Source: Klebsiella phage KMI11
DNA length: 64,000 nt
Reading direction: 5' to 3' (one strand)
Sequence record: MN101225.1
Shown here: in pieces, positions 24,599 to 34,617 of the stretch
Numbering within the stretch: position 1 is the stretch's first letter
Layout of the letters: the number at the start of each line of letters is the position of its first letter
Notes under the pieces: model-generated
Told to the model about the DNA's origin: nothing
Seen by the model: only the letters and a program-made list of their open reading frames with translations
Databases searched by the model: none
Made by a program: the position numbers and the translations under genes

Positions 24599-24877
24599 AT
24601 GAAACATGTATTCCGCTTTAACGGTATTGAATGGTCTGCTGATGTTAAAGATGCAGAGAAGTTCAATGAAGAAGTTCTTATCATGCTTGAAGGGTTTAAC
24701 GAAGGTACTCCGACGGTTCTTATTCAAGATATCTTCCGTAAGCCAACTGAACCATCGTTTGTTGAAGCGGTTCTTAACGGTAAAGCAGAAGGTATTATTC
24801 CGGTCAAAGTGGTTTGGACTACTGAAGAAATGAAACTTCTTCGTACTGAGCCAGGGTTTATTGGCTGCATTGCATAA
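24599..24877 (+). CDS. hypothetical protein (alt.-1 position)
   Basis: 92 aa, SD gagg. Confidence 0.55.
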   Translation: MKHVFRFNGIEWSADVKDAEKFNEEVLIMLEGFNEGTPTVLIQDIFRKPTEPSFVEAVLNGKAEGIIPVKVVWTTEEMKLLRTEPGFIGCIA

Positions 24878-24882
24878 AACAA

Positions 24883-24900
24883 AGGGGCCAAATGGCCCCT
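24883..24900. terminator. hairpin at convergent junction (24599..24877 ORF versus gene 54)
   Basis: aggggcca-aat-ggcccct. Confidence 0.5.
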
Positions 24901-25825
24901 AAATTATTCTACTTGTTGTAGTAGTGATATTAGAAAGTCCTCCGCCTGCACCTCCTAAACGCGATAATCTTGAAGCAGACGCACTCAAGCCCTGATTTGG
25001 ATTAATCGTCTCAATTTTCTGAATAGCCTTATCTTCTAACCAATCCATTGCGGCTTGTTTTCCAACTGAACCTGTTTGCATGCTACGGTAAGCAAACGTG
25101 ACATCAAACACTGCTATCGTGTTTTCTCCATCATATGTAAATTCAGGAGCTCCACATGCTACAGGCATAGCCCCTGAGAACAAGCATACAGTATGCGGTA
25201 ATCCATTTCTAGCATGAAGGTTAACTTGGATATCACATTCTACGTCTTGTGGCAATCCTCGCAGACCAGTCACCGGGTCTTCAACTGCATTTACCCAATC
25301 TTGCATTGCCCGGTAGTTGCTTGCTTCTGGGTCCATCCTAAACGAAAGAACCAACGGTTCCATATCTCTTCCTGTGATTTTTATATTAGGAGCGTTATGG
25401 AACTTATCCATTTCATATGATAATCTGTTCTCTGGTATTTTAGCAGAATAAACCATCAATCCTGCTGTTGGAAATGCCATATTAAAGAAATCAAGCAGAT
25501 AAGTACCTACTGTAAATTCACCTAACAACGACTGTACAACACGCTGTGTCATTGCGCCAATCATAAATGTATTCACACCTGATTTGCGAACAACTTGTCG
25601 AGTTCCTTGTGTCACTATGGTTGTTATACCCTGATTGAATTCACCTGGGGTCAATCCAAGCCAATTTCCATCTAAACCCATATTATTATACAGCTCTCCG
25701 CCAAAGTCGTTTAGAAGAGCCTGGGTTTTACTAGAGGGTACAGTAGCGAATACAACAGAGAACATATTAGTTCTCTGGAAATCGATGTCAGCCGCTTGAC
25801 TCTTAAATTCTTCGAGAGTAAACAT
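24899..25825 (-). CDS. 54: gp54 baseplate tail-tube initiator
   Basis: 308 aa. MFTLEEFKSQA..DFQR.NMFS.VFAT.PS.K colinear with T4 gp54. Synteny 54-48-29-28-27-51. Confidence 0.9.
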   Translation of the reverse strand: MFTLEEFKSQAADIDFQRTNMFSVVFATVPSSKTQALLNDFGGELYNNMGLDGNWLGLTPGEFNQGITTIVTQGTRQVVRKSGVNTFMIGAMTQRVVQSLLGEFTVGTYLLDFFNMAFPTAGLMVYSAKIPENRLSYEMDKFHNAPNIKITGRDMEPLVLSFRMDPEASNYRAMQDWVNAVEDPVTGLRGLPQDVECDIQVNLHARNGLPHTVCLFSGAMPVACGAPEFTYDGENTIAVFDVTFAYRSMQTGSVGKQAAMDWLEDKAIQKIETINPNQGLSASASRLSRLGGAGGGLSNITTTTSRII

Positions 25826-26877
25826 TATTCAATACCTCCGATATAAACGTTCCCTCTATTAAGAGTAAGTATTTCACGCATAGTAATTTCAAGCGTAAAT
25901 GTGCTTGGAAGGTTAGGAGCGATTGCTAACCCATTAAAATGACCGTTCGGTGTTTTATCAAAGCGGATGCTCTGAATTTGGCATGGACCAAATATATCCT
26001 CTCTACCATCCATTGATGTAGAATATCCAAAATTACGAACAGTCCAAATCGTTGGGTTAGAAACTACAATAACATTGCTTAAAAACGATGTTATTTGCTC
26101 AAACACAGTGTTTTCTACTTTAGCTCCTTCTGGTGCTGCCGATTTAAGTGTTCCTTTATACCATTCATCAATAGCAGCTTTAACTTCTTTTGCATATGAT
26201 GAATTCCCCGTCACACCGTAAGAATAATAATTAAAAATTTCATAGATGCGAATAATTTGTATAAGGTCATCTGCAGACCTAGGAGTTAAATCCCAAGTAA
26301 ACACTTTCGTTCTATTATCAGGCCCGGCATACATACTACGGGCAGTGTTATAAATTTGCTCACCATTATCGGCCATTAATCCCTGTGTTAAAGATTCTAT
26401 CGACCCAAACACCGCAGTAGAAGCCACGTTGCTTAATACGCCAGTAGCAGTACCGCCACCGCGCGTAACAAGAGAATCCCCAACATCATTAAATTTATGG
26501 CTAACTGAATCAACGTCTGACTTAGACCGCGGTAATAGAATATTAGCTACTGGTGCAGTACTAGTGGTAGAACTTGATGAATTAGCCAATGCTGACATTG
26601 GTGAATCGAATACAGACGATAACATTACATCTCGTCTAAATGAACGCAAATCAGGAGTGGTTCTTCCTTTAAAATCATATGCTGTGAATAATAATCCGTT
26701 ACGATACAAGTCGTGTACTCTCATATCTTGCGCGGAATCGTTTCCGGCTGAGCGTTCGGCCGGAAACTGCGCCACCTTAGTGGTAGGCGCATTCGTTAGT
26801 TTAGATTTACCTTGGGAAATTCGAGTTCCTGATTTTTTGATGTTTTCAAGGCCATCGGCCAGTTCTTCAAAAATCAT
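25825..26877 (-). CDS. 48: gp48 baseplate tail-tube junction protein
   Basis: 350 aa (T4 364 aa). Synteny. Confidence 0.8.
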   Translation of the reverse strand: MIFEELADGLENIKKSGTRISQGKSKLTNAPTTKVAQFPAERSAGNDSAQDMRVHDLYRNGLLFTAYDFKGRTTPDLRSFRRDVMLSSVFDSPMSALANSSSSTTSTAPVANILLPRSKSDVDSVSHKFNDVGDSLVTRGGGTATGVLSNVASTAVFGSIESLTQGLMADNGEQIYNTARSMYAGPDNRTKVFTWDLTPRSADDLIQIIRIYEIFNYYSYGVTGNSSYAKEVKAAIDEWYKGTLKSAAPEGAKVENTVFEQITSFLSNVIVVSNPTIWTVRNFGYSTSMDGREDIFGPCQIQSIRFDKTPNGHFNGLAIAPNLPSTFTLEITMREILTLNRGNVYIGGIE

Positions 26878-26886
26878 TGTTTTTCC

Positions 26887-28620
26887 TTAAGAGGTTTTCA
26901 TAGCGCCTTGCATTCCAGGAGCAGCTGTCGAAGTCTGTGGAGGCATTCTATAAACATGTGTGCTATTCTTATTTACAGCGGTATTAACCTGGATAGGTTG
27001 TGACTGTGTATTAGATTCACGTGTACGAGCAGCTTCACGACTATCCGCGGCGGCTTTAATAGAAGCAGACTGTTTAACCTCAGGTTGTTCTGCTGCAGGT
27101 ATAGCTTCGGCAGTTGGAGCAGGTTCTGATATTTTAGAATCAAGAAGCTTTTGCAATTGGTCTAATTCAACCTTTAAATCTTTTGCAACTTCTGGAGATA
27201 ATTTCTCCAATTCTTTATATCTGGTGGTTGTGCTTTGTACTGCATCCTTAGCAGAGTCTAATCGAGTGGAATCAGATGCGTCAGTTTTTTCTACATACGC
27301 TTTTGTTCTCTTCATTTCTGCTTCAGCATTATTACGAGCTGTGATGATTTTGAGGCGTTCGTCTTCTGGCAAGTCTGCATACGCTGACTGCTTTTTCTCT
27401 CCGCTCAGCAGTTTGTTATATTCATCGTCATCAATCTGACCGGTGAATTTTTGGAACTTAGCAGAAAGCTTTCTTTTCCATTCAGGTTGTTCGTCATATT
27501 CTCTTTCTTGACGGTCAACATATTTTGCTCTCATTTTAGCATCTTCTTCATCGAGTTCTGCTCCAGTAACAGTTTGAAATCTGTCTAAAGCAGCACCTTC
27601 AATGTTATCTGCCGAATCATTGAATCCTAATGCGCGTAACATTCCAGCAAGAAGCTTACTCATTCCGAGCATAATGGTTTCTCCGAGCTTATCAATTACA
27701 TCAACCAAACCCGAGCCAATGGCTTTTGCTAATCCACCCCAATCTCCTTTGACGAATGATTTTACTATTTCATTCGACATCTCGCTTATTGCAGTTAATA
27801 GCGGACCCCATTCTTTAGCCTGCTTGTTAAATTCAACAAAGTTCTTTTCGAATAATTTAGTCCAATAATTAAAATGAACTTTAATTAAATCTATAAGCAT
27901 TATCACACCCAAAACCATGGCGGCAGTTTTCGCCATTTGGGCCAAAGCGCTAACAGTATAACTAAACAGCATACTGCTAATTTTATCTGTTAATGAAATA
28001 GTTTTTCCAAAACCAGATTTAACGCTTTTAATTAATTCTCCAAATTTTAGGTCAAGAAACTTTTTATTCTTGTCCTCAGTTTCCTTTTTAGGCTCAGCTT
28101 TTTCCTCTTGCTCTTCTGTGCTAGGAAAGAAATCCGCGTCAGGACGTCTGTCATCCTGAGGAGGAATAAGCCTTTCAAGTAATTCCTCCAATGGCTGCTG
28201 AGTAGGAGCATCCGGGACTTGTTCTGTTATCGTTTCTAATGATGTTCCAGTACCAGTTTTTTGGACATCTTGTTGAACATCATGCTTTTTAGATAACAAG
28301 TCGGCAAGTTTCGTGAGCTTATCATTAATTAACGATGCAGTATCATTTAATTTCGAGACAGCATCTGTTGTGCGTTCTGAAGCTTCTGCGGTCAATTCGA
28401 CACCAGCTGAAACATCTTCTACTGATTTGATAATTTCGTTTGATTTAGTTTCTATTACATCCGAAATTAAATCAGTAGACGCTTGCTGGTCGTCTAAGCG
28501 ACGACCAATATCTTCTAGCGTATTAATCTGAGCATCAGCTTGAGACTCAGCCTTTTTCTGTGGAGCCGAGTCAGCAATAACTCTTCTACGCATTGAATTC
28601 ATTTCTGATTTCTTAGTCAT
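26887..28620 (-). CDS. 29: gp29 baseplate hub / tail length determinator
   Basis: 577 aa (T4 590 aa). Long coiled-coil/charged central region. Synteny. Confidence 0.8.
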   Translation of the reverse strand: MTKKSEMNSMRRRVIADSAPQKKAESQADAQINTLEDIGRRLDDQQASTDLISDVIETKSNEIIKSVEDVSAGVELTAEASERTTDAVSKLNDTASLINDKLTKLADLLSKKHDVQQDVQKTGTGTSLETITEQVPDAPTQQPLEELLERLIPPQDDRRPDADFFPSTEEQEEKAEPKKETEDKNKKFLDLKFGELIKSVKSGFGKTISLTDKISSMLFSYTVSALAQMAKTAAMVLGVIMLIDLIKVHFNYWTKLFEKNFVEFNKQAKEWGPLLTAISEMSNEIVKSFVKGDWGGLAKAIGSGLVDVIDKLGETIMLGMSKLLAGMLRALGFNDSADNIEGAALDRFQTVTGAELDEEDAKMRAKYVDRQEREYDEQPEWKRKLSAKFQKFTGQIDDDEYNKLLSGEKKQSAYADLPEDERLKIITARNNAEAEMKRTKAYVEKTDASDSTRLDSAKDAVQSTTTRYKELEKLSPEVAKDLKVELDQLQKLLDSKISEPAPTAEAIPAAEQPEVKQSASIKAAADSREAARTRESNTQSQPIQVNTAVNKNSTHVYRMPPQTSTAAPGMQGAMKTS

Positions 28621-29144
28621 TCAAATATTTCCATTACGTTAAGCATGCCTTTGATTGGTCCTTCAGGTCCATCAATGGCTATAGTGTTTACTAAGTCATC
28701 AGCCCACTTTGTCACAAAAGCTGGAAGCTTCATAAAGTTTATATCCATTGGTTTTCCATCTACTGATTCAAGAAATTCGCTCAAAATTGAATCTACTGAA
28801 CCTAATTTGGAATAACGAGGAGGAGCTCTGAATTTGAATTCTTTACCATCTAACCTTTGAGTTAATCGCTGGCAAATGTAAACCTTATTCAAATCGTAGG
28901 TAAAATCATCTTTAACAACAGTTTCTTTTATTCTGTTGTTAAATGCTAATAAATGTAATACAACAATATCAGATTCGGCTGCTGTTAATCCTGGACAAAT
29001 TGAATCCAAAAGAAGATTCATGTTTTCATCTGGGCCCTTAACATCTTTCATCAGATTATGGTGCTTTAACCCCAGTTTTGGAATTGATATCGTCTTTTCA
29101 TTTATTACTATTTTCTTAATAGGAAGAATCACGTTTAAGTTCAT
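28617..29144 (-). CDS. 28: gp28 baseplate hub distal subunit
   Basis: 175 aa (T4 177 aa). Synteny. Confidence 0.8.
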   Translation of the reverse strand: MNLNVILPIKKIVINEKTISIPKLGLKHHNLMKDVKGPDENMNLLLDSICPGLTAAESDIVVLHLLAFNNRIKETVVKDDFTYDLNKVYICQRLTQRLDGKEFKFRAPPRYSKLGSVDSILSEFLESVDGKPMDINFMKLPAFVTKWADDLVNTIAIDGPEGPIKGMLNVMEIFE

Positions 29145-30258
29145 TTTTCACCTTAATCAAATCTACAGGTTCAAGGGCAGAGCCGTTTGTGAACATATAT
29201 AAGTTAGTTATAGATGTGTTATTTGATATTTCATGGATAACTTCATCTATATAAAAGTCAGTTCTGAACTGGTCCTTTAAATCAACAAAGTTGATTTTCA
29301 TTCCTGGAGTTAGTTCAAAATTACCGTAACACTTAGTTTGAGCATACCCGTCATATTGAGCCATCGTAGAAATGCGTAAGGCTTCTTCATAGCCATTCCT
29401 AAAAATCATGTCAGAATATCCGCCTGATCTATTAATGAATACGCTGTTTTGGCCTTCTCCATTAATAATTCGGGTAACATCTTTATCAACAAATGAGTGT
29501 GCATAAAACGTTGCATTTTTCATGGGATTTCTATTATATCTATTTGATTTAACAAGCCATTCAAAATCCCATGCTAATGGATATTTTAATCCTGCAGCAA
29601 ACTGACCTATTGTTTGAGGAGCCCCGAACATGAATACATTTGGATCCTGGGATATCATTGATTCATAATCCATCATGTTAATTCCGGTGATATCTTCCCA
29701 CGCAAAAATAAATTGGTCGTTGTCTGTAGAAATGCCTACATTTCTAACATATCGTAAGTAATCTTTGAGGGTACTAGTCCAGGGAACCCGTGGGACGTAA
29801 GCGTTAATTCCGTTGATAGGAGGAGCAATCAATGGTTGGTCAACATACATTGCACCTATCATTTCTTTTATAGTTTCATATGCAGAACTAAAAAACGCTC
29901 TGCTGAACTTGAGATTCATTATGTCATGCAGCGTTCCAAGCTGAAGAGTAATAATGCTATCACCTTTATCATCAACACCAACTGTAAAGTGTTTAATCCC
30001 ATAAATTCGGGTTTGTGTTCTCGATGTGTTACTGTTTGCAACAGATATTTGAACTAGTTCATCGCCATTCATACGCGTGTGCATGTTTTTTGCGTCATAA
30101 AATTGAAGCAATCCTTCATTAGTCCCGCGTAATGAATCTCTCATTGTTAATGTAATAAATGTAGCAGCTAATTCAACAAATCTATTAGCTAGCCATGCAT
30201 CATATCCAGAATATAATTTTATGCTTATATTAGGATATCCTAATCTTTGTGTTGTCAT
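29116..30258 (-). CDS. 27: gp27 baseplate hub
   Basis: 380 aa. GYPN.S.KL...[30 protein letters not shown] colinear with T4 gp27. Confidence 0.9.
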   Translation of the reverse strand: MTTQRLGYPNISIKLYSGYDAWLANRFVELAATFITLTMRDSLRGTNEGLLQFYDAKNMHTRMNGDELVQISVANSNTSRTQTRIYGIKHFTVGVDDKGDSIITLQLGTLHDIMNLKFSRAFFSSAYETIKEMIGAMYVDQPLIAPPINGINAYVPRVPWTSTLKDYLRYVRNVGISTDNDQFIFAWEDITGINMMDYESMISQDPNVFMFGAPQTIGQFAAGLKYPLAWDFEWLVKSNRYNRNPMKNATFYAHSFVDKDVTRIINGEGQNSVFINRSGGYSDMIFRNGYEEALRISTMAQYDGYAQTKCYGNFELTPGMKINFVDLKDQFRTDFYIDEVIHEISNNTSITNLYMFTNGSALEPVDLIKVKNELKRDSSY

Positions 30259-31013
30259 GATTTAAGGTCCTTTTCAATAAGCGATAAGGTTATGCCACGC
30301 TCAATAGGCAGCATCTTCATTATAGAGTTCAAGTCATATTTACCTTGAGAAACCAATCTATGGTTAATTTGGTAAAATGTGAAAATCTCGTCAGGATGTA
30401 GCAATAGCTTAAAGATATCAACAATGTTATCATATTTTAATACTATCGTGGTATCACAGCACGATGTCTTTAGCTCAAAGTTAAACGGCTTCATCTGCGA
30501 TAAAATCTTTTCCAAGGTTTCAACATCTATAGCATCGATAACTGTCAATTTATTACTATCGCTTAATTCATTCCACTGGTATTCCCCAGATGAATCCTTC
30601 ACAGATATAATGTTGTCTAAAATCATTTTACCTGTATCATCAATTATTTCTATAGGTTTTTTGAACTTAAGCGTTAATCCTGCAACCTCTACTTTCGGAT
30701 TTGTCAACGGAGGCTGATTAAGATTAAAAAGATACTGCTTGTATTTTCCGCATTTTGGGCACTTCATTCTGACTGGTATTTTAGTTTTACCAATACTTGA
30801 CAAAAATACTTTAAGAAATATATAAGGACGATACTCGACAGGATGGTCATGAAAATAATCATCCATTAATTCTGCTATAAGCTGTTTTTGGTCTTCTTCA
30901 GACTTGGTGTTCATGTCGTTTCTAACCAATAAAAGGTCTCTATAATCTTCTACGGTAAATGGCTTAAAACGTTGGACACCATCTGGTAATTCGCATCTAA
31001 CTATGTTGGCCAT
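30255..31013 (-). CDS. 51: gp51 baseplate hub assembly catalyst
   Basis: 252 aa (T4 249 aa). Synteny. Confidence 0.8.
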   Translation of the reverse strand: MANIVRCELPDGVQRFKPFTVEDYRDLLLVRNDMNTKSEEDQKQLIAELMDDYFHDHPVEYRPYIFLKVFLSSIGKTKIPVRMKCPKCGKYKQYLFNLNQPPLTNPKVEVAGLTLKFKKPIEIIDDTGKMILDNIISVKDSSGEYQWNELSDSNKLTVIDAIDVETLEKILSQMKPFNFELKTSCCDTTIVLKYDNIVDIFKLLLHPDEIFTFYQINHRLVSQGKYDLNSIMKMLPIERGITLSLIEKDLKS

Positions 31014-31034
31014 AAGGTAATCCTCTTTATACTC

Positions 31035-31046
31035 TATTTATAAATA
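31035..31046. promoter_or_regulatory. overlapping divergent T4 late promoters (TATTTATAAATA) for gene 51 (-) and gene 26 (+)
   Basis: tatttata 31035-31042 (= TATAAATA on the - strand) and tataaata 31039-31046 (+ strand). Confidence 0.65.
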
Positions 31047-31066
31047 ATTGAATAAGAGGAGTGGAT

Positions 31067-31696
31067 ATGAACATCACATATAAATTTGAAACAAGAATAA
31101 ATGGCAAGAATATCCAGTGCCGAGCTTTTACACTAGAAGAATACGCTAATTTAATTGCAGCGAAGAAAAACGGTACAATCGATGAATGTGTTAAAGCATT
31201 GCTCAGAGAATGTACTAATGCTACTGGGTTAAACAAACAAGAATCGGAATTACTTATAGTTATACTTTGGGCGCATAGTATAGGCGAGGTTAATCATGAG
31301 GTGACCTGGAATTGCACCTGTGGGCGTAAAATTCCTGTGCCATTAAATTATACACATGCGCAAATCGATCCTCCAGAAGACCTCTGGTATGACTTAAAGG
31401 GATTCAAGATAAAGTTTAAGTATCCTAATCTTTTTGACGATTCCGACATTCCAATGATGATATCAAAATGCATAGACTATATCGTAGTTGGAAATGAGCA
31501 GATTTACTTTAATGATTTAAACGATGCAGAAATCGATGATTTATATTCTGCTATTACAACCGAAGATGTAGTTAACATCAAAAATATGCTATTGAAGCCG
31601 CAGGTTCAATTGGCAGTTCCCATTACTTGTGAATGCGGAATTTCTCACATTCATGTAATTAAGGGGCTTAAAGAATTCTTTAAGATTATGTCATGA
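31067..31696 (+). CDS. 26: gp26 baseplate hub protein
   Basis: 209 aa from the ATG 6 nt after SD aagaggag (the track start at 31061 is a GTG). Synteny. Confidence 0.8.
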   Translation: MNITYKFETRINGKNIQCRAFTLEEYANLIAAKKNGTIDECVKALLRECTNATGLNKQESELLIVILWAHSIGEVNHEVTWNCTCGRKIPVPLNYTHAQIDPPEDLWYDLKGFKIKFKYPNLFDDSDIPMMISKCIDYIVVGNEQIYFNDLNDAEIDDLYSAITTEDVVNIKNMLLKPQVQLAVPITCECGISHIHVIKGLKEFFKIMS

Positions 31697-32103
31697 GCAA
31701 TATTGATAAACTATATTCTGACCTTGACCCAGAGATGCGACTTGCTTGGGATACCGATGTGTCAAAAACGGTAGGAGCACGATCGGTTAAAAATAGCCTT
31801 CTTGGAATAATAACCACAAGAAAGGGGTCTCGGCCATTTGACCCAGCGTTTGGTTGTGATATCACAAACGAATTATTTGAAAACATGACTCCATTAACTG
31901 GTGATACGATAAAGCGTAATATAGTCTCTGCCGTGCGTAATTATGAGCCTAGGATTAACCGTCTATCAGTTGATGTGCTTCCGTTATATGACGATAATGC
32001 TATAATTGTCACCGTGCAGTTTTCTATAGTAGACGACCCTGATACGCTAGAACGTATACGCATACAGATGCGTAGTAATGCTAACTCTAGCAGTAGAGTA
32101 TAA
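31693..32103 (+). CDS. 25: gp25 baseplate wedge protein
   Basis: 136 aa. NIDKLYSD.DPEM...W..DVS...G.RS.KNSLLGIITTRKGSRPFDP.FGCD as in T4 gp25. Confidence 0.92.
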   Translation: MSNIDKLYSDLDPEMRLAWDTDVSKTVGARSVKNSLLGIITTRKGSRPFDPAFGCDITNELFENMTPLTGDTIKRNIVSAVRNYEPRINRLSVDVLPLYDDNAIIVTVQFSIVDDPDTLERIRIQMRSNANSSSRV

Positions 32104-32144
32104 TGGGACTAGTCCTTCCCAAGAAACAGTAGAGTGGAGATAGA

Positions 32145-32561
32145 ATGAGATTAGAAGAATTACAAGATGAATTGGATAATGATTTGATTATCGACCAGAC
32201 TAAACTACAGTATGAAGCGGCTAATAACCCCGTTCTGTATGGTAAATGGGTGCGTAAGCACTCGACTTGTCGAAAAGAGATGTTAAGATTAGATGCCCTC
32301 AAAAAGCAAAATCTTAAAGCACGATTGGATTATTACACTGGCCGTGGCGAGGTTGGTGGTGAAGTATGCATGGATGTATATGAAAAATCAGAAATGAAAA
32401 CTGTTTTAAGCGCTGATAAAGAAATCTTGGGTGTAGATACTAAATTGCAATATTGGGGAATTCTTTTGGAGTTCTGTAGTGATGCAATGGATGCTATCAA
32501 GTCACGAGGTTTTAGCATTAAGCACATTATTGACCTTCGTCAGTTTGAAGCTGGCGCGTAA
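32145..32561 (+). CDS. uvsY: UvsY recombination mediator
   Basis: 138 aa. MRLE.LQ.EL......D.TKLQYEAANN..LY.KW..KHS....EMLR..A.KK..LKARLDYY.GRG colinear with T4 UvsY. Confidence 0.93.
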   Translation: MRLEELQDELDNDLIIDQTKLQYEAANNPVLYGKWVRKHSTCRKEMLRLDALKKQNLKARLDYYTGRGEVGGEVCMDVYEKSEMKTVLSADKEILGVDTKLQYWGILLEFCSDAMDAIKSRGFSIKHIIDLRQFEAGA

Positions 32562-32591
32562 TAAATAAACTTGTAAACTAAGGAGACAATC

Positions 32592-32759
32592 ATGTCGAAT
32601 ACGGTATGTGTCGTCTGTAAAGGACCAATCGATGAAGCATTGGTTGTCCAAACAGACAAAGGCCCGGTTCATCCCGGAGCTTGCTATAATTATGCGATTG
32701 AATTGCCTGTCACTGAAGACACAGAAGAGCAATTACAAGAAACGCAGCTTTTAATTTAG
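32592..32759 (+). CDS. hypothetical small protein (uvsY.-1/-2 position), CxxC-containing
   Basis: 55 aa. Strong SD aaggagacaatcATG. VCVVCKG...C. Below the track cutoff. Confidence 0.55.
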   Translation: MSNTVCVVCKGPIDEALVVQTDKGPVHPGACYNYAIELPVTEDTEEQLQETQLLI

Positions 32760-32786
32760 TCTAGTGTTGATGTAGCCAATTGGCTT

Positions 32787-32816
32787 TGCCCCTTCCTTTC
32801 GGTTGGGGCTTTTTTA
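32787..32816 (+). terminator. hairpin + T-tract terminator
   Basis: gcccc...ggggc stem followed by ttttttat. Confidence 0.6.
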
Positions 32817-32818
32817 TA

Positions 32819-33061
32819 TCAGAAGTCTTCGTCTTCGTCATCTTCAGAATCAGCTTCAAGAGCTTGTCTACGCCCCGCCAAAGCATCCCGCACAATGATA
32901 TCGTCAGAATCAGCAAGAGTAGTTTCTTTAGAGCGCTTATCGTAATACTTCTCGAGTTCTTCCAGACCATCTAAGGTCTGGCAAGCATTAATTTTACTCA
33001 TGAAGTTATCGATAGTAGCCTCACGAATTGTGGCTTCGTAAATATCTTCAAATTTAATCAT
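32819..33061 (-). CDS. uvsW.1: UvsW.1
   Basis: 80 aa with acidic C-terminus, directly downstream of uvsW (ATGA coupling). Confidence 0.7.
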   Translation of the reverse strand: MIKFEDIYEATIREATIDNFMSKINACQTLDGLEELEKYYDKRSKETTLADSDDIIVRDALAGRRQALEADSEDDEDEDF

Positions 33062-34560
33062 AGATTTACCGTTTTCATTACGTAGTTAAATTTTTCATCA
33101 GCATATCGTTGAATACGCTCTAATGCATGTTTTAAGCAATAATTCAAATGCGTGTATTTCTTTTTAGCATTGGCTGACTTCGGCTTTACACCCAGGTCGT
33201 CGCAAATATCCCAGACAGTAGCTAATGATTTATCTTTATGCTTACGAAGAACACGACCAATAGTTTGGAGTACGATAATCTTCGATTTAACTGGATGGGC
33301 TAAAATTACATGATGCAGGTTTTTAACAGAAATACCGGTAGAAAATACACCGTAACTTGCGACGATAATAATTCCCTTTCCGTTTTCTGCCATAGCCTTT
33401 AAAGCATTACGTGTTTCGGTATTAACTTCGCCTGACACATAATAGACATGCTCATGACCAGCAGCTTTAATCATCTCGAACAGCTCTTTACCATGAGCCA
33501 CATGTTTAAACATCACAAAGGCATTTTCGTCACGCGCTGCAAGTTTAGTAGCAAGATTAGCAATCCAACGATTTCTTTTCTTAACATTGGTGATGAATTT
33601 AATTTCTTCTTGATACGTTTTGCCTTTTAAAGCGTTTGCGGCTGCATCTGGATATCTTAAGAAGATTGTATTAATTTTAAGCTCAGTTACTTGTCCGTCT
33701 TCCATTAACTTAGAAGTTGATACTGGACGGAAGATTTCACCAAACATGCCAACATATTGCATGATATTAGCTTTGCCGTCTTTAAGAGAACCAGACAGTC
33801 CGTACTTAAACATGCAATTGGTGAGACCCGCAATGATTGTTGAAATTGACTTACCCGTTGCAAGATGGCATTCATCATTCATCATCATGCCGAATTGAGA
33901 AAACCATTCTTTAGGCTGCTTAACAGCGGTCTGCCAGGTAGATACATAAACTAATGCGTTGGAATCACGAGCAGTACCACCTCGAATACCCAACATAGCA
34001 TTGCGAGGAAATAAACGATAATCACAAAAATCATCAATCATCTGGTCAACTAACGCTGTAGTAGGAACGATGATAAGAACCTTGCCTTCGTAATTTTCTA
34101 CATAATAACGAGCAAGTAATGCCTGAATAAGAGACTTACCAGCAGATGTTGGAAGATTAAGAATTCTACGTCGATTAACTAGACCTTCATATACAGCATC
34201 TTTCTGATACCAGTGAGGTTCAATCTTAGTTAATCCTGAATAAATTTCTTTAGTTGATAACCAATTATCAAAATCCTCCCGCGAAAGAGTTTCTTGCTCG
34301 AATATAGCTGGATCGAAATAAACCTTATATCCGAATTGGTCAGCGAATTTTCTGATTTGGCCAACAAGACCAAACGGTAAGAGACGATTATAATCTAGCA
34401 GACGAATTCGTCCATCCCAATGTCCATAGCGATATTTCGGGTTGAATCTGTATCCATCGGCTTCGAAGCTAAAATAGTCTCTGAGTTCATAGAAAATCGA
34501 GTCATCACACTCAATATGAACATGACTAAAATCTTTAAATTTGACTTGGATGTCGTGCAC
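33058..34560 (-). CDS. uvsW: UvsW SF2 helicase. Probable GTG start at 34560, since the track's ATG at 34590 abuts the late promoter.
   Basis: Walker A NLPTSAGKS, DECH box, ...HPVKSKIIVLQTIGRVLRKH. From the GTG (MHDIQVKFKDFSHV) the N-terminus aligns with T4 MDIKVHFHDFSHV. SD gagga 6 nt upstream. Confidence 0.9.
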   Translation of the reverse strand: MHDIQVKFKDFSHVHIECDDSIFYELRDYFSFEADGYRFNPKYRYGHWDGRIRLLDYNRLLPFGLVGQIRKFADQFGYKVYFDPAIFEQETLSREDFDNWLSTKEIYSGLTKIEPHWYQKDAVYEGLVNRRRILNLPTSAGKSLIQALLARYYVENYEGKVLIIVPTTALVDQMIDDFCDYRLFPRNAMLGIRGGTARDSNALVYVSTWQTAVKQPKEWFSQFGMMMNDECHLATGKSISTIIAGLTNCMFKYGLSGSLKDGKANIMQYVGMFGEIFRPVSTSKLMEDGQVTELKINTIFLRYPDAAANALKGKTYQEEIKFITNVKKRNRWIANLATKLAARDENAFVMFKHVAHGKELFEMIKAAGHEHVYYVSGEVNTETRNALKAMAENGKGIIIVASYGVFSTGISVKNLHHVILAHPVKSKIIVLQTIGRVLRKHKDKSLATVWDICDDLGVKPKSANAKKKYTHLNYCLKHALERIQRYADEKFNYVMKTVNL

Positions 34561-34575
34561 TGTACTATCCTCAGT

Positions 34576-34597
34576 TATAAATACAATCATATTTATA
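34576..34597. promoter_or_regulatory. back-to-back late promoters: TATAAATA (+, 34576-34583) for inh and TATAAATA (-, 34597-34590) for uvsW
   Basis: Exact octamers on both strands in the divergent uvsW/inh region. Confidence 0.6.
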
Positions 34598-34617
34598 CAT
34601 CACACGAGGCACAACTA

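Noticed and set aside
26429-27439. 153-aa and 159-aa + strand ORFs
   Set aside because: Antisense to baseplate genes 48 and 29. They have no initiation signals.
34420-34617. Long-form start of the inh ORF (track 34420..35412)
   Set aside because: The first 66 codons overlap uvsW on the opposite strand and run through the divergent late-promoter region. ATG 34618 follows the promoter and fits a compact gene.
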